Notes: generated from the sequence alone by a model not told the origin. 64,000 nucleotides of DNA from Blasia pusilla (GCA_050084515.1 CM114271.1:4898001-4962000); one strand, 5' to 3'. Counted from the stretch's first letter, positions 13,862 to 28,836 are shown. Numbers and translations are program-made.

Positions 13862-15100
13862 TGTGATATCATATGAACCCATCCGTGTCGTATAATAAAA
13901 TCACCCGTTATGTAAACTCCTATATCATTAATTTTTATTAGTATTAAGTAAATTAACCTATGAAAATGAAAATCCCATGTTTAAACCTATTGAGGATGAC
14001 TCAATTGCGCGGGCCCAACTATAGGAAAAGAGATAATAAATAAAAGATGGGATTAGAAAAGTAAAGTAATGGAGTGAATGCTTTAATAAAACAAAAGCAA
14101 AAGTAATTTTGGTTGGTGGCTAGGATTGGTGGGATAGTTTGGAAGATATGAAGGGAGTAAAAGAGGATATTTTGGAAGAGATAAGAAGGAATCTACTTGT
14201 GTCAAAGTGTGATTGGCTAAGATTTGACATAAATTCATGTGGCACAAGATAAGACTAGTCTTATTTCGTACTCTTGTGGATCCCTTGTGAGTATATAAAG
14301 AGGAGGGACCTTCAGAGGTTCATTACCTTCTACTTAACATCTTGAGTCTCTCGGGTCACTCTTGAGTGTATGGTTTTGGGATTGCTTGCTCTTCCAATGA
14401 GAGTGAATTTCTTTTCTTGGGATAGTAACTTGACCTTGGTATGTTCTTCAAGAGATTTATAGGGTATGGTATGTGTGGAGATGAGAGTCTTGTCACCTTA
14501 CATGAGTTTAGTCATACTAGAAATAGATGATGGTTTGGCTTGTTATTTTCCCAATGAGAGTAGATTACCCCTGTTGGGAGAGCAACTCCGCCAAATCCCA
14601 TTATAGAGGAGAGTAGAGGATGTTTGTCAAGTATGGATAGGGATTGAGCACGAGTTGTGCCGGATCCTTTCCTTAACCCGTACCACATCAAGATTCTCTT
14701 TGTAGATAGACATTGGTTCACTCGCTATATAGTTTATCACTTTGGGGACGCGTTCATGAACCAAGTCATGCAATATCCAACTCCGCTAATTCTTCCTATA
14801 GTCACGTACGGAAAGACATGGGATTGCACTTTGTATGTCCTTATACAGCTATCCATGGACGTCGGTAGGTCTGCTCGAGTAGGGTTTAATACTAGTTGTG
14901 CTACTTTTCTTGTGTAGAAACAAAAAGTAGTTTATAGGGACTTCATAGTTAGGAATTCCGGAATTCCATGTTATGAAGAAGTGATTGACTCGACACTACC
15001 TTTTGTGATTTCTATCGTGAGAGAATGGAGGGTTTATTTAGAGTTATAATTATGTACTGAAAAATGAGGAATTCTTATAGAATTTGATTTGCATCAACCA
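13862..15100 (+). mobile_element. LTR (~1.24 kb) followed by a PBS-like site and a short truncated internal region
   Basis: TGTGATATC...GCATCAACCA ends, internal TATATAAAG, then TCTGTTGCAGCTAGAAGG. Length and termini are similar to the LTR at 55050-56270. Confidence 0.65.
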
Positions 15101-17069
15101 TATCTGTTGCAGCTAGAAGGTCTGCCCTTACTTGAAGAAAGGCATTCGATACGACAAATGATGCTTCTATTGAGAGATCTTTGAGGAAGTAGATTACGTT
15201 TGCAAGTTGGAGTCTTATCAAGATGAGTGCTTTTGGTACTACTTCATCAATGGAAACTCAAGGAGCTGAGGATTTGGCTTCTGGAAGTCCAATGTCTTAC
15301 AGGCCTCGGTGCCTTGGTCCATCGAGAGGTTCAAGTTGGCCGTCTCGCACGTAGGTAGGAAGAAATTTTTATAATATGAAGTCTTGAAAAGAAAAAGTTA
15401 CATCAAAGCTAGTAATGATTAAGGATGAAAAGGCCGGGATCTTTTTTTTTTCATAATCACTCACCTCTCTTAAATTAAAAAAAGGTTGACTTTTTCACGG
15501 AAATTTCAATCACACTGATGATAAACTCTGGTGTCCCAAAGATAAGATGGATTAAAACACTCAAGTCAACTCAGGGATGGGAACAAAGAGCTCCCATAAG
15601 ATGGGAACAAGAGCTCCCATCTTATGGATAGGGCGATAGTCTCTCCAATTCAAGTTTCGGCCACCATCGACTATCCACGCACATCCCTGATTCCAAACAA
15701 CATGTGGGCAGTCCATTGCGGCATCTCTTCAATTAATTACCAGTATTCTTACACTCATGATGGAAATTTTTTTGACAATTGGCTGCATTATGACAATAAC
15801 TTCTTTTCTCCCATAGATATAGTATGGCACTCGATCAACTAAGGAAATAGGAATAGCCAGCTCCCATGTGATGAAAATTGGTCAACTGTCTCTCCAATTA
15901 AATCTTCAGCTGTTATCAACTACCTAAGAACCGTAGAATGACCCTTTGCTCTCGCAGTTCCACTCGAATCAATATACGTCTACGCTCACAAGAAAAGCTT
16001 TGCGATCCACACCCTCTAATTTTTCCAATAGAGCACATCATTTTTCGGACACCGGAAACACCCACCGCACGTTACGCGCTGATAAACTCAAAATTAAGTT
16101 GAACCCACCTTGAATGAAAACTCAACTCTCTTGCACAATTCCTGTCGGACTAGGTGGTAAATTCGATCGTTGAGTTGTAGCGTTTGATTCTCTACCTAAC
16201 CGCGCCTCTCGAGCTTGGCTAGTCCAACAATATACGTAGCGTACTCAAAACCTCGGCGTTCGGTCTCAAACGAGTGTAGTTCTACCATCCCGAGATCCCA
16301 AGACTTCACCCCTGGTAGGAAGAACTTCATATGATTTCATAAGGAAGAACTTAATCTGAATCAGCTCTAGCATGGGCTGCGTACAGAGCCAAGCTAGCAA
16401 CGGACGCGACAGTCTCTCTCTCTTTGCTATTTTGTCATAGGAGCGGCTAAGGAGGTAGATCTCCATCAATGATCGGCATCCACGTAGGCCAGAGCCGCTT
16501 GGATGCAGCTATGGCATGGCGGTAGAGATACATGTTCCAGGAATTGGAGAGGTAGAATGATGAACGACATTCACAAGGGCAGTGGCAGGGATAGTGAAGA
16601 GAAGAGAGTAAGAAGAAGCCGAGCTCTAGCAATATACACTTTGTAATGCAAAAATGGAGACATGCATGTCCAAAACGAGATCACGAAATTGGGTGAAGAG
16701 AGGAGTAATCCTCGTTCCACACACAAAAATCTCTCTTCTCTAGTGCAATCTGGTCGTAGCTCGGTTGCTGTTGCTGTTAGCTTAAAGAGTTGCTGCACTG
16801 ATCGAGGACACAAACTGCACTAACCCTGACACAAAAAAAGGGAGAGAGGGAGAAGAAGCCATTACCTCCACACATAGATGAAGACCATCTCTAGTCGACC
16901 TTGAAGAACGATGCTTCCGAAATCTCTCTTGCGCCTTGAAGACCTTGCGAAATCTGTCAAGCGCCTCTAAATCCAAAATATGAAATCCAAAACATGGCAA
17001 ATATGATACAGCAAGATCCAATGCAAACCAAAATGACTCAGAAAATCTCTTGTGAAATTTGGAAGGCAA

Positions 17070-17250
17070 GGCTCCAAGGCGTGGCTCAAAGTGCGGCTCC
17101 AAAGCGCGATCCGCGTCTCAGGCTCCAAGCGCGGCTCCGCTCCCCAATGTGCATCCGCGTCCCAATTTAGAAATCCGCGTCCCAGGCTCCAAGCGCGGCT
17201 CCGAAGGGTATAGCCGCGTCCCAGGTTAGAAAGAGAACCGTTCTAAACGT
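17070..17250. repeat. Cluster of GC-rich short repeats (GCGCGGCTCC / CCGCGTCCCA), probable DNA-transposon subterminal region
   Basis: Several near-identical motif copies within 180 bp, upstream of the P-like ORF. Confidence 0.55.
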
Positions 17251-17404
17251 GGGAATTATAAACTAAAAAAAACACATAGGTAGGAGCCATTTTTTCTGGC
17301 AATGTACCTTGCTATGGTAGATTCAACCTCCCACATAAATCGAGGAATGAATAAATCCCCAACTTTTTCCCAACCAAAAAATCACTCCAAGTACACAAAC
17401 AACA

Positions 17405-18177
17405 ACAAAATTTTTCCCAAAAAATCACTCCAAGCCCAAAAACAACACTATCCAACAACAACAACTTCAAATGACCACCCACATAAGGAAATCGTAAACC
17501 CTAAAAATGCTATCTTATTTTTTATTTGAGTATAGAAGTCAAGAGAGCACATCTGAACCGTTGGAGTTTGAAAGGGAGTCAATTCAAAGGCACGTGGCAA
17601 GTTTCAACACCATCCTATGGTTGGACCAAAAGATACCTCAATGTGAACATGAAAATGAAACAAACACTTGAAACATTCCTACTCGGAGCCATCCTCTTTT
17701 GTCTTGACCCCTTGTTTTCTTCCCCACCCCTCAACCAGGGTTCCAAAAATCATTAAAATTTCCCCAAAAAGGCACTCTAAACCAAGGAACACAAGGGAAA
17801 AAACAAAACTTGAAATGACCACCCACACATGAAAATAAAAATCATAAACCCTACAAATGGTCTCTTATTTTTTATTCGAGTATAGAGCCAAGAGAGCAGA
17901 TCTGAACCATTGAAGTTTGAAAATTATTTAATTTAAAGGCATGTACCAAGTTTCAACACCATCCAATGGTTGGAACAAAAGATATCTCAATGTGAACATG
18001 AAAATGAAACATACACTTTAAACATTCCTACTCGGAGCCATCCTCCTCCGTTTTGACCCCTCCTTTCCCCCCACCCCCCCTCTCAACCAGGGTTATAAAG
18101 ATCATACAAACTTTCCCAGAGAGGCACTCCAAGCCCAGGAACACAAGGAAAAAATCAAAACTTGAAATGACCACCCA
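17405..18177. repeat. Tandem repeat, ~345-350 bp unit, ~2.2 copies
   Basis: AAATGACCACCCA recurs at ~17469, 17813 and 18164. CAATGTGAACATGAAAATGAAAC..AAACATTCCTACTCGGAGCCATCCTC occurs twice. Confidence 0.9.
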
Positions 18178-18179
18178 AG

Positions 18180-19730
18180 AAGAACCTGCAAGAATTTTAT
18201 GAAGACCTCAAAGAAGAGAGTGACTTCGTCAAATATATACAGACATATTGGGAGCCACAAATTTGTGAGTTTTGTTTTTTCTTTATGTATGAAATTGTAT
18301 ACGAAATGCATTCTCACAATTTTGTATTGGGATTGGGATTAATCTTTCATCCTTCATGCAATGACTTCAGAAAAATGGGTAAAAGCAACAATAAACTATC
18401 CTCGTGCAAACCATGATACAAATGCAGCGATTGAAAACTATCATGGAAGCATGAAGGTTATCCTTAACGATGACAACAAAACTTTATCTCATAGTAGAGG
18501 GGATTCATAGTAGAGGGGACTACCTAGTTTGGAAACTAACCAATCACATAGAGGTATAGTATTTCCACCCCCAGCTGTTGAAACAAAGGGGATTTGTAAC
18601 GAATGCAACGCATGAGAAATATATAAATAATATTGTCTTGAAAGGAAAATCAATTTCTAAAGGTGACGTAGAAATCATGCGTGCTATAGGGGAAGTGAAT
18701 ATGGCGAGAGATCGCATCCAAAATTTGGAGAACATATGATATGAAGTCTATAACTATGATACGGACTGGGGCATTGTGAATGTCCATGGTCCCTGAAGGG
18801 AAATATATGCAAGCATATTGTAAAGACATCTTTCATTTATTGAAATATTACTGCAGATTTTTAAAATAAGCTTCCACAACTGTTGTATCTCCATAGAGTC
18901 TAAGATGATAACTTCTTGCTTGCTTCTTACATTATGCACCATCATGCAGATAGCTGCCTTGATGAAGGAAAATTACAATGAAGCAGATTTCGTGAAAATT
19001 ATGGGAACAAGGTTTGGTACGAGGCATGGCAGGATTGCTCATCTAAAGCTCACAAGACAACAATCCAATGACTAAGAGGAAAACGGTACTAATGAAACTG
19101 ACACTAATGATTGGAATGAAGATGATGGTAGGTAAAACAACTATGTTTTATCATGTACATTTTTTGGATTATGTGACTAGTAGGATTTATGATAGAAAGT
19201 CAATTTCAGAAGTTGCTTCTTCACCATCTGATAGTTTTAAATCTTTGGTGTATGATGTCAGGAACCATTCCACAATCATATGGCTTATCTCCAGGCCCTT
19301 TAGAGGGTGTAGCTTGGACCGTTGTGGAGGAATTCGACAACTTGGTTGCAGGTATACAACGATCATGTTTGAGCAATGCAAGACTCTTCACTTTGGAGAC
19401 AAGAGCCCTTAAGGAGACATGCATGAAGATTGAGACAACAAGAATAGCGGATGAAAATGGTGTGTCACCCCATCCAAGAAATCCATTTACCACTTATGAG
19501 GATGGATTCTTCAACAACAATTTGATTAGACGAGTCATTGAATATTGAATGTTTGTCAAGAAGTAAAAGAAGATCAATAGGATCTATGACAACACATGTA
19601 AATGCTACATAGAATCCACAAGATTCATTCATGAACCTACCGTCCTTCCTCAAAGCAAAGACCAGAAAAACAAAGTTTGGCCCACAAGCCCAACTTTGTA
19701 AGGAAGCATCACTTGCCCAAACTATGGATA
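18180..19730 (+). pseudogene. MULE transposase remnant, 3' part with SWIM zinc finger
   Basis: FVKYIQTYWEPQI; ANHDTNAAIENYHGSMK (catalytic Glu region); SWIM CECPWSLKGNICKH at ~18775-18816; stops present. Confidence 0.8.
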
Positions 19731-20200
19731 TAGTTTGATGGTGGTTGGACATGTAAGTGCTTGGGAATTATCTTGTTACATGCCTTCTCATCAATCTAGG
19801 GAGTTTGAAGATGCGAGTGAAGTGTTTGGGGAAATTTTGAAACTTCAATTCAAAAATTGGAGAAGAGTATTGAACACTATTTTTTTTTTTTTTGGTGATA
19901 TTGAGATCCAGAGTATCATCGTATTTTGAGCCTTTTGAGGGTATGTTCAAGATAAGAAGTTCAACTTGTATAAAATTTCACCATTGATCTCTGTACCCCA
20001 TGTGCACAACCATAAACGCGTGGTGAAATTTGCATGTAAAATTGGAACCTTTTATTCAATCATTGCTTGATGTTATCTTATATCCTTGCTTGCAAAGATA
20101 AAAGTTAACTTGAGATGAAGATTTGAAGTCCATTGCGCTAATCTTTGGCATGATACATGATACTTTTGGTGTGGAAGATAGTCTCCTATACTTATTTTCA

Positions 20201-20918
20201 TGTTGGAAACCATTCAGTCAGAGGTAGGAAACTATTCCTCGAGATATTTCTTGGTGTTGAGGCTTTGTATGTGGACTGTAAAGGCATCTCATGTTCCGTG
20301 TAGCATCTTCTATTGTTAACGGGGAATAGCGGGCCTTCGTCGGTGGCTATTGCAAAAGTAGAGACGTAGGGTTCAAGACGTTGAGGAGGGGATCGCAACC
20401 AGGGGGAGGGAAGTGGCAAAAGGGGGGTCTTTCACAATGTCAAAAGCCTATGATCTGATAAGCGATCTTAAAGAGAAGGAGAGCAAGGCGGAGAAGCTCC
20501 CTGGGAGCGAAGGGAGAAAGCAAAACAGAGAGCCATGCAAGAATGTACAACCGAGGATACCTCTCTTATCCTACACCCAAATAATTAGGGATGCATAATA
20601 GTTTTTTCTCGATACCCACGTCATGTATTTAAGCATTGAAGACTGAGTTATAGTCAAACTCATCGGAGACACGAGCTGCTACATTTAGTCATACTACAAA
20701 TTAGGAAAGCTTAATCTTGGTTAGTTAGTTAAGCATGATTATCTTAACTAACATCATATGACCATAGTTAGTATAACTTGAGACTATGGTTAGGATTTCT
20801 TGTACATACCTTCTATAATTGAGAAAGGGACCAACCTCCATTCATTCTATTACTACAAATTTACATTCTCCATGATGACGTGTAAGAGCCGTATTCCATC
20901 AATTATGTTTGTTTAACA
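20201..20918. mobile_element. Possible solo LTR
   Basis: TGTTGG...TTTAACA termini and a composition distinct from the flanks. TSD imperfect (TTTCA vs ATTCT). Confidence 0.4.
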
Positions 20919-20924
20919 ATTCTT

Positions 20925-22829
20925 TATATTGAGGGCCTTAGCTCACTTGGAAGATCAATGAATGGATGCCATATGTGAAAATTCTCCATGAAGCTAGTTG
21001 ATGAAGCCTTTTATAATTTTACCTTATACTAAGCAAAAAGGTAGAACGAGGGGAAGGTTTTAATAATTAGATAAGTTTCTTTTTAATTCTAAAATTTTAA
21101 AGTCTCCCCTATGTTTATTAACTGTTCTCATTTGAAAATTTCAATTTTTTATTTAAAGATTCATGCCAAAAATTCGTTGCAAAAATTAAATTGTAAGTTT
21201 AGTTCATAGGGACAATTAATTCATATTTTTGGGAAAAGATTAAAAATTATCATTTGAAATTGTTAGGATGAAATTTATTTTTTAAAATATTGAAAAATGA
21301 TTCATACATTCTTCCTAAATTTTCAAGCTTTATTGGGAGAAAAAATAATATACATTTTTGGTAAGATTTATAAAAATGAGTTATTTTCTTTCATTAATTT
21401 AATGATAGGAATTAGAAAAAGAAGTTACCAATCAATAAAGGAAAAGATAGGAAATTATTTTAAAAATCCAAGTTAGATATATAAAGATCCCAGTTAGATC
21501 CAATTATTTTAAAAATCCTCATGTGAAGGCTGAAATATAATATAAGTATACTAACACAATATATCAAGATGTAAAAATTCAGGTTTGCATACACTAGAGG
21601 TCTCTAATATGCATTCGTCAAATGTGCGAGTGAGTATCAAACAATGACAATAATAGAAAAGAGTAATAAACACGTGATAGGATGTAAGAATGAAATGGAT
21701 GCAAGATTAGAACTATGGTCTAAGCTCTACATTGTATTATCAAAAATAAACTCCTAACGTTATATACACACCACCAACATCTATATTATTATTTCATAGT
21801 GCCTATTCATTTTGCAAACTCCTCTCCTCTTGACACACTTGTTACATGACATTTTCAATTAATAGAATCGTTTGCCTTCTAAACCAATAGGATTGTTCAA
21901 AATTGACTTAAAATTCATTTAAGAAACTCAAGAGAAAATTATGGGAATTTTTTAATTATTAAAACCGTGCATGACTACCACTATTATAGATTACCAATAG
22001 TAAAAGCAATGTATTAGCGACATTTGGTTGGCAGTGAGAATTAGATGCAAAGAGCCCACTACTTCGCACAATAGTGGTCTCTAATCATACTATCAAGAGC
22101 ATTAGATGTGGCTAAGAGGCGCTCAATGAACGTCACATGTGAAGCCTTTAAGGTTTTTAAGTTTTGTTTAATTTTGCCTACACTAAGGAAAAACTTGAAT
22201 AAAAATAGGTGTTTGTAATTGTATTCAAGTTTTTTTCAAAAATAATTTTTTAAATATTTAGATTTATTTTTAAAAATTTATTTTTGTTTATTTTTTTAAT
22301 TTCAAGTAATGTTTGGAAAGGAAACTACGGATTATTTATATTTTAAAAAAATAATTTATTTTCTCAAGATTAACATCTTTTCTTTTTAGATTTAGATCTA
22401 TTTCTAAAATTAAACTTTCTTTGATTATTTAAAAAATATTAGTTTCAAGTAATTTTTTAAAAGGAAACTGCATATTATTTTTAAAAATGATAAAGGATAA
22501 TAATAAAATAGTGAAATTTTATTGTTCTTCGGAAGGATGAAATAATAAAAAATTCAAATGTTTATTTTTTTAAAAATATTAGTCTCATGATTATTCATAT
22601 ATTTAAACGAAAAAAGGTTCCAACATCACGTGGACAACTCACACCCGAACGATGGATGATGTTGGTCTAAGCATGTCTATTGGTCCAAGTCAGTTTGCTA
22701 TGTATTGGCTAAGTCCCCTCATAGGATGGACTCGTGGCCAAACCCTGAAACATACCACATTGTAAACATTCATCGGTGTCCAAAATTTCATTTTCAATAC
22801 GCATTTCATTTCCAATCACAAAATAAAAA
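20925..22829 (+). mobile_element. Cluster of AT-rich non-autonomous Helitron-like elements
   Basis: 20925-21610 and 22085-22780 share blocks with 29000-29800 (e.g. CACATGTGAAGCC; CTCATTTGAAAATTTCAA). 21780 starts TCTATATTATTATT like the mini-Helitrons. Confidence 0.6.
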
Positions 22830-25800
22830 TCTATACTATTAACATAGGATGGAATTAGAATTCTTTTTCCTCGCGTCGACATTTATCTTATAAGATATAC
22901 ATGAAAAGTAATTATAATCAACAAATAAAAAGACGGAAACTTTAGATTTAGTTCGTTCTACTAATGTGATTCCGTATTAATTTTTTTTCCTAACTTCATG
23001 TCACCGGTGCAACCCACACGATGCCTGTTTGGCATTGTAACCGCAAGCTTAAAATTCCCAAAGGCGCTAAAAACGAGCAAAACCACGCACTAATCCACCC
23101 TCTTGAAACTTGTGGTAAAAATCCAGCATTCAATGACGAAATTTATGACCCAAAAAAATGTTGTTTCGTGTTCCTAACGATAACGTCTACGACGACAACA
23201 ACAACTTCAGTCCCACTAATAATAATAATAATAAATATTCCCTCGGCTCCAGTGGACCCATTCTCTTCCTTCTCACAATTTGCCCCTCATACACAGGAGC
23301 CACTCAGAACTCCACGGGAATTCCGATCTGTCATTCGGTCGCTGTCTGTTCTGTTTGTCCGTCGTGATGGTTTCCCATCTTTTTTCTTTATATATATATA
23401 TATATATATTTTATTCCCACCTTGAAGGCCCCTCACGATCTCTGCAGTTCATTCTGTCAGAGTTGCGTGCAGAGTTTGGAGAAAACCGCTAGAGGAGCTC
23501 TCGCAGCGGTTTTCTCCAAGTACGTGCCGGTTTCCTTCATTTTTAAAATTATTTTTTATTTACAAAGAAACTGCCGGGGAAATCCCGATTCCCCGACGTT
23601 GTGCTAGTCGGATCGGCAAGTTTTAAATTTTACCGGCTGGCGTTACAAAGTACGCCGGTTCTATGCGCCCGTGGCTCCCAGCCTGTGACTCTGTGAGTCC
23701 CGTCTCAGTGCCATGCTGTCGCGTCGCAGGAGGTCTCGGTGCCGTCTTACTGGCGTTTCATGAATAAAATGAAGTAAAAATAAATGATGAGCTCCGTCCG
23801 TCGGAGCGAACGGAGTTCAACGAACGTCGGTCTCGGCGACTCGCGTTCGCATGGCTGGCTGGGCTGCCGGTTCAACGGAGCCTACGGAGTCCAGACGGAG
23901 GATCAGATTGAGCTTTGAAGATCCGTTTTAGAGGTACTGTAGAGTAGAAGTAAGTACAGAAGAGCGTTGAATTCTCTTCAACTACTGAGAGGTGCGCACT
24001 CGGGCCCTTCATCGCCTTGCCACTTGTTATTTCCTCGTTCGTCGGGGAAAAGTCATAATGTACAATCCTTAAAATCGGAAAATTTTAGTTTTTTATTATT
24101 ATTTTTCTTATGAATAGGTTGATGATGAAATGAAGGTTATGAAATGGTAAATTTGGATAATATTGGTTTGTTTTTTATAATTTTTTATTGTTTTTAATTG
24201 TCATATCAATTTAAAATAATGATTATCATTTATATTATGAAATATTTAGACAAATATATATATAAGAGATCTGATGCAATATCGTTTAAGGTTTTAAATA
24301 ATGCAATTATTGAAACAACAAGGATGGTAATCCATGAAACATCACATTATCTTGATGCAAGGTAATGAATCTTTTATTCTTCTTCTTTTTTGTTCGATCA
24401 TACATTCGAGAAAATACGATACCTTACTAATTTTTGTTTATCCTTGTTATTATTGTATTGTAGATATATCTCTTACTCGGAGGCATGTTGGAGATTGTTC
24501 AAGTTAAACTTTTATGCACAACATCCAAATATTGTAAGATTAGAAGTTCCTCTATCGGAGCTACAAACCATTGTCTTCAATGATCACGACAATCTCAAGG
24601 AGATACTACAAAGGAATAGGGAGACAACTCTTACACAATGGTTTGCTACTAATCGTTTGGATTTGGAGGCTCAAAAATATCTATATATTAAGTTTCCCTC
24701 CTATTATAGTTGGAGCAAAAACATGGATTCGTATAATTCATAGGCGAAATGGTTGCGGTCTTCAATTGGTCGCATATATCTTACTCATCCAGGTAAATAT
24801 ATTTATAATTTATAGACTTATGTACTTATAAATTACTTAAATTTTCATGCATCCTTTGATCAATGCAATGTTTGATATATTAAGCAACTACATTCAAGTT
24901 TTGATGGGTGAAGGAGAACGACATTAGGCGCGACTACGTATGAATACTTGAGAAGTGTGCACGGAGTAGTCTATCCAACATTTAAGGAGGTTGCTATTCA
25001 AATGGGGCTTCTAGAGGATGACAAGGGAAGTATTCTCATGCTTTCAAGAAGCATCGAAAATCCACACAGGTCGTGCGCTCCGTCAACTCTTTGCTATTGT
25101 ACTTGCTTATAATATGCCAACTCGACTAGCTGAACTATGGAGTCAATTTTTTATCCCAATCATAGAGGATATCTTATATGAACGACGTGAGGTAATTCCT
25201 ATTCCTATTTTCATCAAAACATTTCTTATTTCCTGCTTTTACTTTTAGACTTATGCTTAAAATCGTGGCCTTTATGCAGAAAACGAGTATTCTTGATCTT
25301 GCCCGGGATGCTTTAATTATTAACAATGCATTATTGGAAGTCCATTACCATTTGCAAAGATCAAGGGACATGATTATCTGAATTTCCAAACATGCCTCAA
25401 GCAAATTTTGAAGCTTCATCTTCATATTCGTATTTGGAAGCGTAAGAGCTTCAATATAATCGAGATGACTTACATGAACAAGCTAGGTTGGGAGAGGAAA
25501 CTTTGAATGATGGACAACGGTTGATTTGGGATGCTATACACGATAAACTCGACACCATCATTGCCGGTGATAATACCTCTGGTTCAAAATTGTTCTTCAT
25601 TGATGGCCCTAACGGTACTGGAAAAACTTTCTTATACAATCTTCTTCTCGCAAGTGTACGAGGTGCCGGAGGCATAGCTTTAGTTGTCGCTTCATCAGGG
25701 ATATTTTCTTTGTTATTAGATGGAGGACGCACTGCCCATTCACGATTCAAGATTCCGATCAATATAGATGAAAATTATACTTGCAAGTAAGTATGTAATT

Positions 25801-26880
25801 AAATCATGAATTTGCAACTCTTTTAATATGTTAGTAAAGAGATATCTCGTGCAAAATACTAATATCTTTGACTAGTTTTTGTAGTTTACCGATTAATAGT
25901 GAACAATAAGCTTTTGTTGATTGCTTATTGGAGGTTGGTTTGGAATATCCCTTGGGAGAGGATTTTATACAACTGCCAAATGATATGGTGACCAAGAGTA
26001 AGAAAATAAGTTATCTTATTGACAGTATTTATAGAAATGATTATGAAAAGTTTCGTGACGTCAACTTCCTAAGAGATGCAATAATTCTCACACCAAAAAA
26101 TTGAGTTGTTGATGATATCAATGTAGAAGTCATGTCTCACTTCTATGGAGAGGTAATATTGGTTTTCAAATACTCTCCATATGATTCTCCTCATGAGTTC
26201 TCCAGTTATATTAGGCATCAAAACTAAAATCATCTTCTGATTACCATATGTTTGTTCTATGCAGGAACGTACTTACCTTAGTGTTGATTCCATTTCGAAT
26301 GAGGGAATGAGTTATATCTACCCGAAAAAATTCTTAAATACGTGCTTAACGTCAGGTTTACCACCACATCGTTTAACCTTGAAAATTGATGCATCTATCA
26401 TGCTTCTAAGAAATTTGAATGGTTCAAAGGGCCAAGCCAAAAAAACTCAATTGATGATTCGTGGATTCATGCAACATGTTATTGAGGCTGAAATCATCAC
26501 AAGAAAGAGCACTAGAGATCGAGTCTTTATTCCACGTATCCCATTGATTGCATCAGACTCAAGTTTACCTTTTGATTTACGTCGATTTCAATTTCCTATT
26601 TGCCCTACTTTTGCTTTGACTATCAATAAATCCCAAGGTCAAACCTTGAAAAAGATAGGAATTTACTTACCTACATCAATCTTTTCTCACGGTCAATTAT
26701 ATGCAACATTGTCAACAGTAGGACAAAAAATGCAATTAATATCACAATAGGAAATGATGTTCTTTCAAATGAAAAAGGACACTTCACGCGTAATGTGGTG
26801 TGTAAGGAAATACTTCAATGAAATAAATTTTTTTCTCATTGATATATGGGTAGCGGTGCATCGCACGGGCACCTTACAAG
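22830..26880 (+). mobile_element. Helitron with internally deleted Rep/PIF1-helicase pseudogene
   Basis: A|TCTATACTATTAA 5' end; 3' hairpin GTGCATCGCAC then CAAG|T (CTAG variant). Coding remnants at 24230-26810: YLDARYISYSEACWRLF, YPTFKEVAIQMGLLEDD, Walker [25 protein letters not shown]. Introns, stops and a mid-helicase deletion. Confidence 0.92.
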
Positions 26881-28836
26881 TATTACTAACAACATGGTCT
26901 CACTAATGGACATCATCATACTGTTAAGCCCGTTAAGTCATATTTTTCCAAATTGTTACAATGCGGCAAAGGTTTAATATGTGTTTCCAATGTATTTGTT
27001 GGGAGTTAACTTAATATATTTTCAGAAAACAAAATGATTATGTCCTAGGTGCTGTGTCTCCCTCCGCCTTTGGCGCCTTGTAGCCCCGGGCCGTCCCTCT
27101 TCTCCTTTGGCGCTTTGTCTCGCTCCGCGTCCGCCTCTCTTCTAGCCCCGCGCCTCGACTCTCTCTGCTCTATCCGACGAGCCCTCTACTCCGTCCGCTC
27201 TGTCTGGAGGGTAGACGCTCCTCCCCCCATATGGCACCTCAACTCCATCAGCGCCGCTCCGTCCGCCTATGCCGCGTCGTCTAACGCGGCTTCATCCATC
27301 TCTTTCCCAGTGCATCACATGGACACCGTAGTACTAGTCTCTTCTACTAGACAATGTTTTTTGGTTTTGATATCTATCCCCATTAGTAGTTTGGTTTTAA
27401 TTAACTAAATTAGACCAGAAGGAAGGCTTCTTTCATCCTAGCGGGGCACGAGTACCGACTCGTAGTTTGAATGGGGAATTTCAAGATTCGAACTGGTGCA
27501 AAACTACAGACGTTCCATGATGGGCCAAGCGTACTTTATTAGCAGAAAGAAAGAAAAAAATAGTTTTGTGATAGTTTGCATATTAGTTTCCTTGGGAGGA
27601 ACCAAATCTCACTTAGTGTAATGGCGCGGGGATTGAAAATGTTATTTTATTTTATTTCGTCAGTTTTTGGTAGAAATAGTTGAAGAATTTGCAGATTTGC
27701 AAGAGAAATTTCCAAATCTCGAAACCAAATTCGAGTAGAAGAAATATTTTAAAATATGATTTTATCTTCAAGAAATAACAAAGGCATCGAGAAAAAAATT
27801 ACACTAAAAAAATTGGAGGGAAATACTTAGAGCAATCTCTACTGTTAATGAAGGAAGGGGGGTATAACTAAAAGTAGTGCATGAACAAAAGTACAAGAAA
27901 TGAAGCATTCCACTATAATAGAATGTTCCTCTAAAAGCATTAGGTGTGCTTCTTGTAATGTTATGGTTGCTAGCTTTAGTTGATCCTCCATAAAGAGAGG
28001 GACATGTGTTCCTCTAACATTGGAGGTTTTGTAAAGTCAAGGGCATTTTCCTCTCTAACTTTGGAGGTTCTCTCCTTTCCAAAAAAGTTCATCTAACATT
28101 GGAGTTTGGTTTATGTTCACATAAGGTGACTCCGATATGAAGGAAAGACCTTTCTATACTACCTTTTATATCATTGCTTTTATATTATGTTATAAATTAA
28201 AAAAACACTTATATTTATTATAAAATACTATTTTTAATTTATTGATTTGTTGTATATTTTCTAGTTGATCAATTAATAGTCGCAAAACATGCCTTATACA
28301 AAAGATGATATTAATCATATGGGATGAAGCCCTTATGATCCATCGTCACGTATTTGACGCCACAAGACTCAATTATCTCATTAACAATATTTATGGAGCA
28401 AAGTTGATAAGTGGAATGATATTAACTTCTTGATGGATATATCAATTATTTCAACAAAAATCGTGGATATTTTTCCAAGAGAGATAGATATTCAAATTCT
28501 CAAATATCATGAATATGTTTTGAATGTGAGGATTGTAATATAATTCTTCATTTTCCTTCTCATTTTAATGAGTTTTTTTAGTATCACACTCACTTAAGTC
28601 TCAATTTAGTTCTAAAAAATGGGATGAGACTTGTGTATATCTATATGCCCCATCCAATTTTCAAACATTGCCATCAAGATATCCACCATTTTTTTTTGAC
28701 TCCGAATTATAAAAATATTGTATTATCTTTTGGTGAGGGAACACAAAAGAAAAAAATACCAAATTTGTATATGTGTTTTTCATCAACCTATATTATCAAG
28801 AGAAGATGGGGTCAAGAAACCTCCTCCAACGCTAAT

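Noticed and set aside
9516-17258. GGGAATT at both ends as the TSD of the P-like element
   Set aside because: No inverted repeats found inside these positions; the match may be chance.
17405-18177. CRISPR-like array (also considered for 32050-32390 and 57915-58095)
   Set aside because: Units are contiguous degenerate tandem repeats without unique spacers; eukaryotic context and no cas genes.
23388-23409. (TA)n microsatellite; also (CAT)n at ~42599-42622
   Set aside because: Ordinary simple repeats.
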